A stretch of 64,000 nt of DNA, from NCBI GenBank assembly GCA_051313645.2, contig JBNRSN020000002.1, forward strand, positions 525,202,001 through 525,266,000, read 5' to 3'. The notes beneath the pieces are model-generated. The model made no database searches and was not told the DNA's origin. It saw only the letters and a list, made by a program, of their open reading frames with translations. Positions within the stretch are counted from its first letter, which is position 1, and each line of letters starts with the position of its first letter. The position numbers and the translations under genes are program-made. The DNA is from Centroscyllium fabricii. Lineage: Eukaryota. Positions 14,558 through 27,370 of this stretch are shown here, piece by piece.

Positions 14558-14723
14558 CTGCCCAATATCTTGCTGACACAGCCGTGGCTGACCCGCAGTT
14601 GCCGGGAGATGTCACAGGGTCTGACTCCCTGATGTGCCAGTTCCACAATGCGCTGTCTCACCACGTCAGGAAGGGGCCTGCCATTGACAAACACTCCTCC
14701 CAGCTGATTCACACCCCCATGCC
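14558..14723 (-). CDS. PAX2: Pax2 exon 2, paired domain N-terminal part ([56 protein letters not shown])
   Basis: tttgcag| acceptor, AG|gtgagg donor, 166 nt, in frame with exon 1; Pax2/5/8 paired-box sequence. Confidence 0.98.
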
Positions 14724-17723
14724 CTGCAAAACACACACAACTGAACTCATCCCAGGTAGAACTGCAACCTGAAAGAGAGAAAAAACAAAGAGAAGGGGGG
14801 AGAAAAGAAGAAAGGGAGGAGTGGCAAAAAAAAGCAAAAGAATGGAACAGGGGAGAGAGGGAAGGAAGGAGGGGGAATAGAAGAAAAAGAACGAGAGGAA
14901 AAAAGAAATCGAAAGCATGGAATAAAGAAATTACATATATGTGGACACGTGTAGCAAAGCATACCGATACACATTTAACTTCACACATTAAATTAAAAGG
15001 CACATGAAATGCCATATTTTAAGACTATATTATTTTAATTTACTGATTCATTCTGTATTTTAAGGAAAACAGAAGCAAATATATGTATCTAATAAAACAA
15101 AATCTCTGATACCATCCGACTAAATTACTGTGTCTATTACAATATAACGTGGCAGTTTAAACTAACAGAATTATCCAACAAAGGGAAAATTATATGACTT
15201 AAAAAAAGAAACTATGTATAAAACTTTCAATTAGGTTCCATGTTTATTCTGGAACGGGTATTCATTATATAGTGAGTGGGTGTGGAGGGGGGTGNNNNNN
15301 NNNNNNNNNNNNNNNNNNNNNNNNNNNNNNNNNNNNNNNNNNNNNNNNNNNNNNNNNNNNNNNNNNNNNNNNNNNNNNNNNNNNNNNNNNNNNNNNNNNN
15401 NNNNNNNNNNNNNNNNNNNNNNNNNNNNNNNNNNNNNNNNNNNGTGTGTGTGAGTGTTGTGAGAGTGTATGTGTGTATGTGTGACTGTGAGTGTATGAGT
15501 GTGAGNNNNNNNNNNNNNNNNNNNNNNNNNNNNNNNNNNNNNNNNNNNNNNNNNNNNNNNNNNNNNNNNNNNNNNNNNNNNNNNNNNNNNNNNNNNNNNN
15601 NNNNNNNNNNNNNNNNNNNNNNNNNNNNNNNNNNNNNNNNNNNNNNNNNNNNNNNNNNNNNNNNNNNNNNNNNNNNNNNNNNNNNNNNNNNNNNNNNNNN
15701 NNNNNNNNNNNNNNNNNNGTAAGACGGTCTGTTTGTTGAACGGCCCGCTGGTATTTGTGCGGAGATGGTGTATAAAGCAGCAAATTACAACAGTGCCGGA
15801 TTCCCTCGCTGCAGGGCTTCATGGAGCCCGCTGAAAATGCCTGTGTCTCGGTTCCCTCTGCTTGTCCTATTGTGTGTGTATCCCCTTTACTGGGGGTACA
15901 CGGGTTAAGCATTCTCTCATTGCCTTGCGCTGAAGGAGACTTAGCAATTTCATCGAGAGAAAAGATTTGAAAGACAACAAAATGATTGGCAATTTCACAG
16001 CGGCACTGTGAAGGGCTTTTATATATGGATGTGTTTCTACATGGCATATAAAATGCATATATCTATTGGTGTTAATGAACAGCAAACATAGGTTAATATA
16101 TATGTACAAGGGACGCATATACTCGACACTAATTAATTACGTGTTCCAAATGTTCAATTTAAATATTTGCTATGCATACATTTCACGCAGCTAGTCCTTA
16201 ATAATAAATCATTGCACTTGTATGTTACAGATTTTTTTTAAAGCAGAGAATGCGTAAAAATGATGTGCTATTGATTGTCGATATGCTGTTTTATAGCGAA
16301 CGGGAAGAATTCTATCAAACGGGCCGGTATATTTACAAGAGCGTGTCATTCTCTGAAAGACGACAAGCAGCCTTCACCTGCAGCCGATTGTCTCCTTGTG
16401 GCTAATGTACTTGTTGGAGGTGATTTGGAAGTGTGTGTGTGTGTGTGTAGGAGTGACCGTGGTATTTCGGCGGCTCACAATTCCTCCACTTCAAACACTA
16501 ACTTATTGATGCGAGGCGACTTCACCAAACTCTCAATTGCCCTCAAATCGACCCAGGTCGGAGGATTCTAAATATGGATTTTTCGAGGAGTTGCTGGAAC
16601 AGATTTTTTTTAAGTCTCTCTTTCTCTCAATCTTTAGCTTCGGAAAAACATTTAATCTTGCTTCTATTTTACTCAATTGCAGCGGGGGGGGGGGGGGGGG
16701 GGGGGGGGGGGGCGGAAATCGAGTTAAAAAAAAACATTTGCCAATTTTTCCTAGAAAATAATACTGGGAGCACGGGCTAAATATTTGCTAATGATACTTG
16801 TTTATTCGTAGTTATCCTCGGCTCTCCGATATGTGGGCTGAAGTTACTGTCTGGCAAAACTATCAGATTCAACATCAATAATTCAGACTAGCTTTGATAT
16901 CTCAGATTACGGATTATTTGAAGGCCGCATCATCAAGGAAAGATTAGAATAAATAATTTAAAACCCTTTGCGCTGTAATATCTGTTAGCGAGCCTTTTCA
17001 TACATATATATATATATATATATTTATATATTTATTTATCCCGGGTTCATCTTTTGAAATAACAGAATAGGAATCAATTTGTATTTTTCAGCCTTGTGTT
17101 GCATTCTTTCGAGGTTAGTGTGATTTTAAATAGTCGTTTTTGTTAATTAAATATGGTACAATATATATTTATATCTAGCTACTTCTATATAAACAGGTTT
17201 GTGTGTGTGTTGTTGCAGTGTGTCAGTGCTGTGGTTTATGGTGTTTAAGAGATTTCTACCAGTACTATCGGGCTCTACACGTGGTTAACGGTGAAATTAT
17301 GCAGCGAAATAAGGCGGCACTTCATCAATCTGTTTGCAATAAAAAGAACATTATTTTTATTATAATTCGAGCTGTCTTTTTTTTATTCATTTAATCTCGA
17401 ATGTCCACCGACTTAAACAAGCCGGGGGGAGCCGAACCAAATCCGCAAAAAGCCCCTACCTGTGTCTCCCAGACAATAACAGCCGAATATTAGTGAGGAC
17501 ATCGCCAAAGAAAAGCTGGGTTAATGCGTGTGGCGAGAAAATCATCCTGGCTTTGGTGTCAAGCCGAGGAGTGCGAGGGGGCCAGAGGAAAAGTTCGCTC
17601 AACAACCTCCCACCCCCCCTACCCCTCCCTGGAAATATAGGCAACTCCTGGGAGTGTTAATCATTGGGTTTGCAAGATTATATTCTGCCTGTTTAATGCT
17701 CATCAAATACTGGTGTAATATGA

Positions 17724-17882
17724 TGTGGAGGTGCCGGTGTTGGACTGGGCTGGACAAATGTAAGAAGTCACACAACACCAGGTTAGAGTCCAACAGTTTT
17801 ATTTGAAATCACAAGCTTTCGGAGAAAGCTTGTGATTTCAAATAAAACTGTTGGACTCTAACCTGGTGTTGTGTGACTTCTT
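17724..17882. mobile_element. Fold-back element, family A, in Pax2 intron 1 (perfect 59-bp hairpin)
   Basis: 17762-17820 is the exact reverse complement of 17824-17882 with a GGA loop; 12-bp direct repeat TGGTGTAATATG at 17711 and 17887. Confidence 0.88.
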
Positions 17883-18148
17883 GCAATGGTGTAATATGTG
17901 CCGTGGTGTATCTGAAATTAATCTAAACAATGCGTGCGTGTATATTTAGATCGAAGTGACTGTGACAAGTAAACGTTATATATTCACCGTGTTAGAAAGT
18001 GCTGTGTATCTCGGTATATCTTTGTGTCAAAAAATACAGTAGCAATTATAAATAGATAGGTTTATTAAGTGGCGCTTTGCAGATCTAATATTTTACTTAA
18101 ACTAGGTTTTACTGGCGTTAAACAAAACACAATCAATCGCCTACTCAC

Positions 18149-18191
18149 TGTGCATTGCTGAGAAGGGGTCTGCTTTGCAATGTATATCCAT
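18149..18191 (-). CDS. PAX2: Pax2 coding exon 1 (MDIHCKADPFSAMH + first base of R)
   Basis: Minus strand reads ATG GAT ATA CAT TGC AAA GCA GAC CCC TTC TCA GCA ATG CAC A|gtgagtag: 43 nt, phase-1 donor. Matches the known Pax2 N-terminus MD(I/M)HCKADPFSAMH. Not in the supplied ORF track. Confidence 0.96.
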
Positions 18192-18990
18192 GAGTGCCAG
18201 CGCTACAGAAATGAACGGGGCTGATCCCGCCGTCTCGTCTTTTAATGAAAGGCTTACGTTAATGCAGAAAACACATTGACTGGAAACAAGAAAACAAAAC
18301 AACAACAAAAAAACCAACAAAAAAAAACTTTTTTTTTTTTTTGCCTTTATCCCCCTTTTTTCAGCTGGTGGCGACGAGCCGGAAAATTCGAAAAACTAGT
18401 CCTGCAAAGAAAGTTGAGTGAGCGGCCACCGCGGTTTCCTCGCTCACAGTCCTGTGCACGGAGAGATGGGGGAGCGGTCGGCAATCGGACAGGTGGGACG
18501 CATGTCCGTCCACTTTTCTGAGGTGTTTGGAGAGCAAACAGGCATCAGTCGGGAACCAAGGCTCGGATTTAGAGACGGTTTCGCAAAAAGGAACGCAGAC
18601 GCGGTGACGGGAAATGAACGCGCGATGCGTCGTTTTTGTCAAGATTCACTGTCCTCTGAAAATTCTTTACACCTTCACTCAAATCCTTCCTGGTCCCCCT
18701 CTCTCCTCAAGTGCGACTGGCGGTGCCTTGGTTGCGCCAGTGGGGACAGGCCGGTGTGCAGGACCAGAGGGAGGCGGCTGAGCCCAGGGTCTCTGCTTAC
18801 TTGCTGCTGCTGGTTGCAGGTTTTGAAGTGCCGACTGAAGCCCGGGCTCTGCGTGGCTCTCTCTAAAACCCTGCGCAGATTCCAGCCACTCCAGTCCCCT
18901 TTAGAAAGATGGATGACTTGTCAGACAAAGGCAATAGATTACAACACTTTGTGATTCGCCAACGCAGATTGGACCCCAAATGAGGAGTTC
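18192..18990 (-). promoter_or_regulatory. PAX2: Pax2 proximal promoter and 5' UTR
   Basis: CpG-rich stretch directly upstream of the ATG. A CCAAT box near 18968-18972 (minus) is followed by AATCTATTGCCTTTGTCTGACAAGTCATCCATCT, which I recall from vertebrate PAX2 5' ends (not verified by alignment). Confidence 0.7.
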
Positions 18991-19024
18991 CCGTGATCTG
19001 CCACTCTGAGAGTTACGATTCGCA

Positions 19025-19815
19025 AACACATACACACTCACATAGACACCCACACACTCACTCACTCTCACACACACACACTCTCATACACACTCATATT
19101 GACACACACACTCACTCTCATACACACACTCATATTGACACACACTCACTCACTCACTCTCACTCACTCACTCTCACACACACACTCTCATACACACTCA
19201 TATTGACACACACACTCACTCAATTCAATTCAATTCAATTCAAATTGCTTTATTGGCATGACAAGATACATCCTATGTTGCCAAAGAACAAAAAAGAACA
19301 TATACAGTTGGACATACAAATGCATAACTAGACGTATTGACTGAATAACTATGCATACACATACACTCTCACACTCACACTCTCACACTCACATAGACAC
19401 ATACACACTCTCATACACACACTCACTCTCACACACACAGACACATGCACACTCTCTCACACACACACTCACTGTCACACACACACTCATATAGACACAC
19501 CCNNNNNNNNNNNNNNNNNNNNNNNNNNNNNNNNNNNNNNNNNNNNNNNNNNNNNNNNNNNNNNNNNNNNNNNNNNNNNNNNNNNNNNNNNNNNNNNNNN
19601 NNNNNNNNNNNNNNNNNNNNNNNNNNNNNNNNNNNNNNNNNNATAAACAGACAATCTCACGTTCTCTTTCACACACAGACACACACTCACATAGACACAT
19701 ATACGCTCATACACACACTCACTCACACGTATATATATATATATATAGACACACATACTGTCTCATACACATATATATACACACACTCACACTCTTTCAC
19801 ACTCACACGCATACA
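19025..19815. repeat. CA/CT-rich microsatellite upstream of the Pax2 promoter
   Basis: (CA)n/(CACT)n tracts with an N block. Confidence 0.9.
19220..19350 (-). mobile_element. 3' tail of the same element, inside a CA/CT microsatellite upstream of Pax2 exon 1
   Basis: (CAATT)n-CAAATTGCTTTATTGGCATGACA is the reverse complement of 10114-10157. Confidence 0.55.
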
Positions 19816-22799
19816 CCCCAAATTCAGATTCCGAGATTCGGTTTTATTAGGGAAATTGAATGAGGAAATAGTCCGTTTGATCCAAGATAAGTGGAATAAG
19901 TGGACAGAGCTCAGCCAAGACCAACTCTGCGGAATATCTCTACCTCTTATACTCCGTGTCTTGCTGAATTCCCCTCCAACACAGCATATGTAATCCTGTC
20001 TATTTTCAAATTGAATTCTGCGGGAACAGTCTCTCCCTGTACATCTGTTGGTTTTAAACAGATTGACTCTTTATTACAATCAGCCTCTTCCAAAGAAGGT
20101 TATATATCAAACGGCAACTATGGTGCCGCCACTTTCTGCGATGCGGTTTGTGTTTCTGGTTTGCCGATGTTTCTGAGTAACTAGGTTCTTTCAGCCCTCG
20201 CTAGTGCACCTGAGCTGTCTGACCTGCGCGTGTATGTTATGCACACAGGGTGGAAGGTGAAATTAGATTGACAGACATTAAAAAGAAATGTATTTGAGGG
20301 CATCAATAGAGTTTGAAAATCACACTTCGCTCAGTTTCCCCTGATGTTTTGTTTAAATTAATAACGTTTGCTCTTAACTTTTCTCCCAACGCATTAAGTA
20401 ACTGACCCACAGTAACCTCACAGCCACATAACACGGCGGATGGAGTGACCGGACAGAAGTACTGCATGTTAACTCTGTGCTAGGACCTTGACTTGTAACA
20501 GAACTCATTGGCAATCCTTCGGAAATTGATAGTGAAATGCGCGTTTCATGTTCGCTGCTAGCGGGCCCTCATAACAGAATCTTTCAGATGTCTGTGTTTT
20601 ATTTTAAAGAAATGATTCCTCCCTCCACCTGAGTTTGGAGTGATTGTGAGGTGGTTTTTTCTCTTTCATGTTGTTTGTTGGAGGGGAGTTAGGTGCCGTG
20701 TGACCGAGAGTGCTGTAGGTGGCGCTGGCTTTTTACTTCTGGGGGAAGATTTGCTCGATAAAGGTTGGGGTGAGTTCAAAGTTGGAAATGTTCAGAATTA
20801 CTGTCGCTCAGCTCAACTCTCTCTCTCTACTGGGACACAATAGGAACTTTATTTTTTTAAACTCCCTGAAACACCGGCCAACAGAACTCTGTTAAATCTC
20901 TGTGGGCATAAATTTGGTGAATAAAAAACCCACTTTGATCTTTTCTAAATCAGAGATTGTTGATACCGATATGTATATGAAGCCTGCCTGGGNNNNNNNN
21001 NNNNNNNNNNNNNNNNNNNNNNNNNNNNNNNNNNNNNNNNNNNNNNNNNNNNNNNNNNNNNNNNNNNNNNNNNNNNNNNNNNNNNNNNNNNNNNNNNNNN
21101 NNNNNNNNNNNNNNNNNNNNNNNNNNNNNNNNNNNNNNNNNNNNNNNNNNNNNNNNNNNNNNNNNNNNNNNNNNNNNNNNNNNNNNNNNNNNGGCGGCAT
21201 TCTGTGTCACTTTGGCTGCAATTATCCCGGGTAAAACCGGCCCCTGAACTCCCTGAGAATGGTGGATAGAAAATTGTGAGAATTTTCAGACCTGCCGACC
21301 CTCTAAAAAGTGATAGTTACCGAGAATGCGGGGGAACAAGATGCGTCCAAACTGTTGGCTTTGTTACATATATATATTAAAAAGTAAGGTGGTTTTTTTC
21401 ATCAGCCGCAACAAAAAGTTACTTTTTCCCACGCGGGAGGGCAATTGGCAGCAATCATTAACTGCAGATCCGTCGCTTTATTTATTTTTAGCATCGCGTT
21501 CAGAAAAGATCAACTTTCGAAAGCGATGCTTTATTGTGACTGTCCCCCCCCCCCCCCCCCCCCCCCCCACAACACCTAGATTAACCAGCCCAACAGGATT
21601 AGGCCAGGTATTAAATCCATGTGTTAGTGACTGAGCACTCATAATCCGGGGCAGTGATTTCAAAATCTATAATTTTCAGTATTAATTACAAACCACAAAT
21701 GCAGACTGACGCCCGCACTTGGGTGTTTGGGCCAATGTTTCGGCGCATGTCTCTCTCTCCCTCTTTCTAACTAATGAGATTCGCTGATCAAATGGGGAAG
21801 GGACGGGAGATTAAAGTCTATTATTTGAGGTGCAATTGTGCCCAATGTCCTTTGGATGCCAGCCTGAGAGGAGGTGGGAGAGAGTCTGAGGGTTTGGAGG
21901 GGGTAATGGTTGGGTAACCTCGCTCTCCAGTTGTTCATTAACCTATTTCACAGGAAGCCCCTTCGCTTCATTTGCACTACAAAGGGGCGCGCCGTCTCGC
22001 CCAACGGAAATTAAAGACACATAAACTTGTTTTTTTTGGGGGGGGGGGGGGGGGGGAGGGGAGTATGTTTTCAGAGAGAGAGAGAGGGGTCTGTGTGGAA
22101 TCTCTAGATCAGGCCCTGGATGGTCACAGTCAATCCGCAATCCATTTTATATACTATCTCTGAGAGGCAAATCCCCTGCTCATGGGTTTTAGCCAGACCC
22201 CTCTTGTCCGCTCGCTGTTTAACTCTCTAATCGTGTTGCGTGCAAATATACTGGTTCGATTTTGACGCCTTTCGGTGTTTACACACAGGATTACTCGCGG
22301 CTCAATCTTTGCCTTTGATCTGAATAACGGATCTGTTCAGTCACAGAGCAAGTTAAAAAGTTCAATGTAGAATTTGACGGAACATTGGGATAATGAATGG
22401 GAAAATATTTGTGTATAATTTAATTTTCAATAGATATATATGTGTGTGTGTGTTATCTCAAACAGTGCTGTTCCAGTTCTCACTAAAAAAATGTATTTTA
22501 CTCGAAAATTACAAATCTTCTATTTTTGATGAATTATTTGCAACTTGCCACGATGTCCTGCCTTTCTATTTTCGAGCCCTCTTTAATGGATTTTATTGGT
22601 AACCCCCGTGGAATGTTGTGACTTGGAGGGTTCGTGTGTACAAACTGCGCATTGTTAATAGATAATAGTGTGTGCTTTAGTGTGAGGCGCTGTGTGGGTG
22701 GGTCGGGGGGGGGGGGGGAGGCAGGCAATGTCAGAGCGGTGTGTAAGTTGCACATTACCGGAGGTTAGGTGTGATTTTTGCTTGGGCACTAAATATTAT

Positions 22800-23730
22800 G
22801 TGTGTATATATATTGCAGACATGTATATATAACACATACATATTTACAGAAATAGACACACACACATATATATATATATACACATACATGCATATGTATA
22901 CACACCACACATACACACGCNNNNNNNNNNNNNNNNNNNNNNNNNNNNNNNNNNNNNNNNNNNNNNNNNNNNNNNNNNNNNNNNNNNNNNNNNNNNNNNN
23001 NNNNNNNNNNNNNNNNNNNNNNNNNNNNNNNNNNNNNNNNNNNNNNNNNNNNNNNNNNNNNNNNNNNNNNNNNACACATATATAGNNNNNNNNNNNNNNN
23101 NNNNNNNNNNNNNNNNNNNNNNNNNNNNNNNNNNNNNNNNNNNNNNNNNNNNNNNNNNNNNNNNNNNNNNNNNNNNNNNNNNNNNNNNNNNNNNNNNNNN
23201 NNNNNNNNNNNNNNNNNNNNNNNNNNNNNNNNNNNNNNNNNNNNNNNNNNNNNNNNNNNNNNNNNNNNNNNNNNNNNNNNNNNNNNNNNNNNNNNNNNNN
23301 NNNNNNNNNNNNNNNNNNNNNNNNNNNNNNNNNNNNNNNNNNNNNNNNNNNNNNNNNNNNNNNNNNNNNNNNNNNNNNNNNNNNNNNNNNNNNNNNNNNN
23401 NNNNNNNNNNNNNNNNNNNNNNNNNNNNNNNNNNNNNNNNNNNNNNNNNNNNNNNNNNNNNNNNNNNNNNNNNNNNNNNNNNNNNNNNNNNNNNNNNNNN
23501 NNNNNNNNNNNNNNNNNNNNTACACAGATATNNNNNNNNNNNNNNNNNNNNNNNNNNNNNNNNNNNNNNNNNNNNNNNNNNNNNNNNNNNNNNNNNNNNN
23601 NNNNNNNNNNNNNNNNNNNNNNNNNNNNNNNNNNNNNNNNNNNNNNNNNNNNNNNNNNNNNNNNNNNATGTACACATATACACACATACGTGTACATACA
23701 CACATATATTATATATATATACACACACAC
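22800..23730. repeat. CA/TA microsatellite, largely N
   Basis: (CA)n/(TA)n flanks around N runs. Confidence 0.85.
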
Positions 23731-25279
23731 TCCTACAAATGATCTAATCAATCTCCAACAAATAGCCCTTGTTCTCAAGCGGATTTCTAAAGTGTATTAG
23801 GATGTGCTGGCGGGACACGAATGGGCACATGGTGCCGGTTTGTGCTCTGTGTGCCCTTGGCTAGGTTTGGGGTTGCTGGATGTGCGTGTTTCGGAGAAGT
23901 TGAAGCGTTCTGGTGAAATGTAACGGCATCGGCTGCAATTTCACAGTCCGGAGAACATTTTGCCTAAAGCAACTTATGTTTTTTTTCCCGCTTTGTCCCC
24001 CCTCCTCCCTTGTCTCGGACCCCTCCCCAAGATTATCGCACTCATACCTTACAGTGCTTGGCTACAATGCACAGTTCAAAAAAGAGGAAGCAGGGATAAA
24101 ATAAATGTTATATCCAATCTGGTCACGCTACATCGGTAATAGCCTATTTTCCCTTATTTTGCATCTGCCTGCTTTGAATGTTAACAGCACACGTGCGGAG
24201 TTACTTTCTCGCCACCTCACAATTAACACTTCTTTTCAGAAACTGCATCAGAAAATCTTAAGATTTTTTTTATACGGCCGGCCCGGGGAAAAAATAAATT
24301 CCATTCCAAATTCAAATCCAGGTGTTTTGTAGAGACCGTGTTAGTGAAACGGTTATGTGAGTGTAACTGCAACATTCAGTATCAGGTCCACTTTATAATA
24401 ACTTTGTGGTTTTTAAAATTCCTTTATAAACCCCCGTGCCCCCCACATTTTAAATAATCTATTTCATAAAATAAAAAAAAACAATTAAATGAAGTTTGGT
24501 AATATGTAAGATCAGAAGAGAAAAACGCACAAAATACAGACATGGTGAGTCTGATGGATTAACTACAGTTAGCCTATGCTGACATGCCCATAATGTATTT
24601 TCTTACCCAGACATAAAATATATGTTTATGACTTATAACCAAAAGACCTGGTAATGCATATTTTATTCTGAAGTATTAGCTACATGTATTCACTAAAACG
24701 AAACCGCAGTGTGTAAATGGATGGTGGATATGGGTTTGTCCGTGCCCATCAACATTCTGCACCCTGGTTTAAGGTTAGCAAGTCATGTTAACCGAGCCAG
24801 TCGTGGGCTTTTTTAAGGCCTCGGTGCTGAAGGCACCTGTAAGCAGTCTGTGGGAGCTGAGGCGAGACAGGCACACACACGAATACATATAGACAGACAC
24901 ACAAATATAAATACAAAAATAATATTCACACACAAACGCATGGACACCGAGACAATCATATTTACACACATATAGATGAGCAAATATTAGCAAGCCATGT
25001 GCACACATATAGGCACACACCCTAGCCACGTTCAAATTAAGCAATAAATAGACACCAAACACACACACGCACATATAGACATACAGATGGATATATACAT
25101 ATATAAACACGCATGTTCACACACGTGTGTACACATACAGACACGTAGATTTATAGTTAGACCAAGGAAGGTGCCACCAAACACATTTACTCTCTCTCAC
25201 ACATGGCACACACACACACATGGCCACCCCCTCAGATAAAGAAATGGGCATTACTCACACATACCCCAACACACATGCG

Positions 25280-25490
25280 ATAGCAAAATACTGCGGGTGC
25301 TGGAAATCCGAAATAACAACAGAAAACGCTGGAGAAACTCAGCAGGCCCGGCAGCATCGGTGGAGAGAGAAACAGAGTTAACGTTTCAGGTCGAAGACCT
25401 TTCTTCAGAACTGTTTTGAAGAAAGGTCATCGTCCTGAAGCGTTAACTCTCTCCCTGGCCTGCTGGGTCTCTCCAGCGTGTTGTGTTATT
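25280..25490. mobile_element. Fold-back element, family B, with hammerhead motif
   Basis: Same arms; flanking direct repeat CCCCAACACACA at 25264 and 25491. Confidence 0.78.
25376..25412 (-). ncRNA. Minimal type I hammerhead ribozyme motif
   Basis: Minus strand AGTT-CTGAAGA-A-AGGTC TTC GACCT-GAAA-CG-TT-AACT: CUGANGA and GAAA cores, stem I AGTT/AACT, stem II AGGTC/GACCT, palindromic AACGTT in place of stem III. Confidence 0.72.
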
Positions 25491-26029
25491 CCCCAACACA
25501 CACACGCGTCCCACGGTCTAGTTCTCCCCCACACTCAGATCCATTGGCCATGTGTGGAATGGGGGAAAGTGCTCCGAGCATGGCCCTCTGAACTTAGATG
25601 CGCGCTTTCAGCTTTTGAATTTTCTGATCTGCAGCAGACACTTTTCCTGGGTCGGTGTTAAGGGAAGGGGGTGGGACAAATAAGAAAACAAATAAGGTTA
25701 GAAAATGGGAGAGTAGTGGTTGAAGAGAAAGCCATTGTGAATAAAAAGCTAAAAGTCAACAAAGATGGTGAATCACCGATAGATCGCCAACCTGTCGCAT
25801 GGGATCGAAATATAAAACTCAGAAAAAGGTGGGGGTGGGAGGGGGTTAAATGAAGAAGGTGCGATTAAGAAATAATGTAAACGATCCTTTCTGGGCCTGG
25901 CTGAATTCTCTTTAACACCTGCATCACACGTATAAAGGCTTTCACCGATGTGCCACTGATTTGAATTACATTGTTCTAACTGCTCTTTAACAGATATGGA
26001 GGGGGGATAAGTCATTCATTTGGGAGAAA

Positions 26030-27370
26030 TAGAATCCATTTCTGGATTTATAGTGTGTTTGGCTTTGAAAAGATTTCTTTCCGCTAACTCCGGGAGTACT
26101 GTTTTGGTTAGCAGATAATTGGAGGAAAAATGTAATTTGGGAATTGGTGATTATAGAGATTAAACCCCCCCCAAAAAAGAGTCGATGCCTAATTAAAAGC
26201 CGTTTGAGCGAATGACAGAAATCCATTTGTCTTTTAGCATCAGCTGCTAGCGGTTCCTGGTGGCTGGCGGGGGCCAGGAGCCCCCATTCGGAGAGCCCGG
26301 CTGGAATAGCTCCCCGCCCAGCCTGTGGCGAACGGGCGGGCGCTGGGCATCGCCACCTTCCCCTTTCAGCCAGGTACACGGTCAGTGAATCCAAAACTCC
26401 AGACTGCAGCTCAGCTCAGCTCAGCTCCCAGTGTCGGAGGCAGCTTGAGCGACCGATGCTGCTGTACGAACCTTGGTGCCAGTGGGTGTGAGTTTTACCA
26501 CAATAACCTCTCTTAACCATCTTGCTGCAGTTTTTAAAAAAAAATAACATTTCATTGTCTGTAATTGGATATATCGGCGCGACAGTGTACCATTAAACGG
26601 GATAAGGTGAACAGTTTCTGTCAGATCGTGCTTGTTTAACACGAGTGCTTAACAATCGGGGAAAGCGAAAGAAGGTTCATTAAAGAATATCAATTGATAA
26701 TTTAGAGAGAAATTTCATAATAAGCGGAATTTATTTGACAGCATCTCGTTTTGCTCATTCAGTACGGTATTGGCATTTGAGATGGCACATGCAGTTTAAT
26801 AATGTTTGGATAAATAGCGACAAATGTATTAGTATGTGCAGTTTTATAAGTTCCCAGAGAAAAAGAAAACTAAAACCAAGAGCTATTTCTATTTGCAGGA
26901 TGTCAATCAATCACTCCTATCAATAGATCAATCACCGTGTCAATTAATATATCATATTAGAACTTCGTGTGGAGCCAAAAGGCTGGAAATTATTCATTTA
27001 ATTTGTGTTTCTGAGTGAGGCCAGGAGTCGAAAGGAAAGCGGTGCTTGAGAATGATTTCGTTCGCGTGTAATCAAAAATAATTGTTGCTATCGAGTAGCA
27101 TCACAGTCCTTAGAATAAAAGATCAAGGCGACGCTGGCCCGCCTGGGCGACAGCAACAGAGAGCTGATGTGGCCCCTGCATTTCAGTCCTATGTTGCTGC
27201 CACTATCCAGGGCGCTGTGATAGAGTGCGGTGCATATTTTGAAGATATTATTTCTCGGCTCTGCTGTTTAACGCCACAGAGCAGAGAAATAAAGATTCCC
27301 AGATTGCTCACCATTGTAAATAATTGCATCACAGCTGTGACTGTGTATTTATTTGAAATTAATTAGCGTC
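26030..27370. promoter_or_regulatory. Cluster of putative conserved non-coding elements upstream of Pax2
   Basis: Unique, repeat-free, AT-rich blocks dense in TAAT/ATTA, TGACA and TGATTGAC motifs (about 26030-26250, 26680-27020 and 27230-27370). This texture is typical of developmental enhancers; conservation not tested. Confidence 0.45.

Noticed and set aside
14554-15015. 153-aa ORF as a single exon with a hydrophobic N-terminus
   Set aside because: The upstream part is the intron's polypyrimidine tract; only the 45-nt extension has a splice signal.
16684-16712. Long poly-G/poly-C runs (also ~12751, ~21544, ~22038, ~32702)
   Set aside because: Simple homopolymers with unreliable lengths and no supporting structure.
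22755-23778. ORFs of about 300 aa (similar ones at 33119-33898 and 15265-16047)
   Set aside because: Mostly N. The N blocks sit in simple repeats and leave 10-12-nt islands, which looks like masking or gaps rather than coding sequence.
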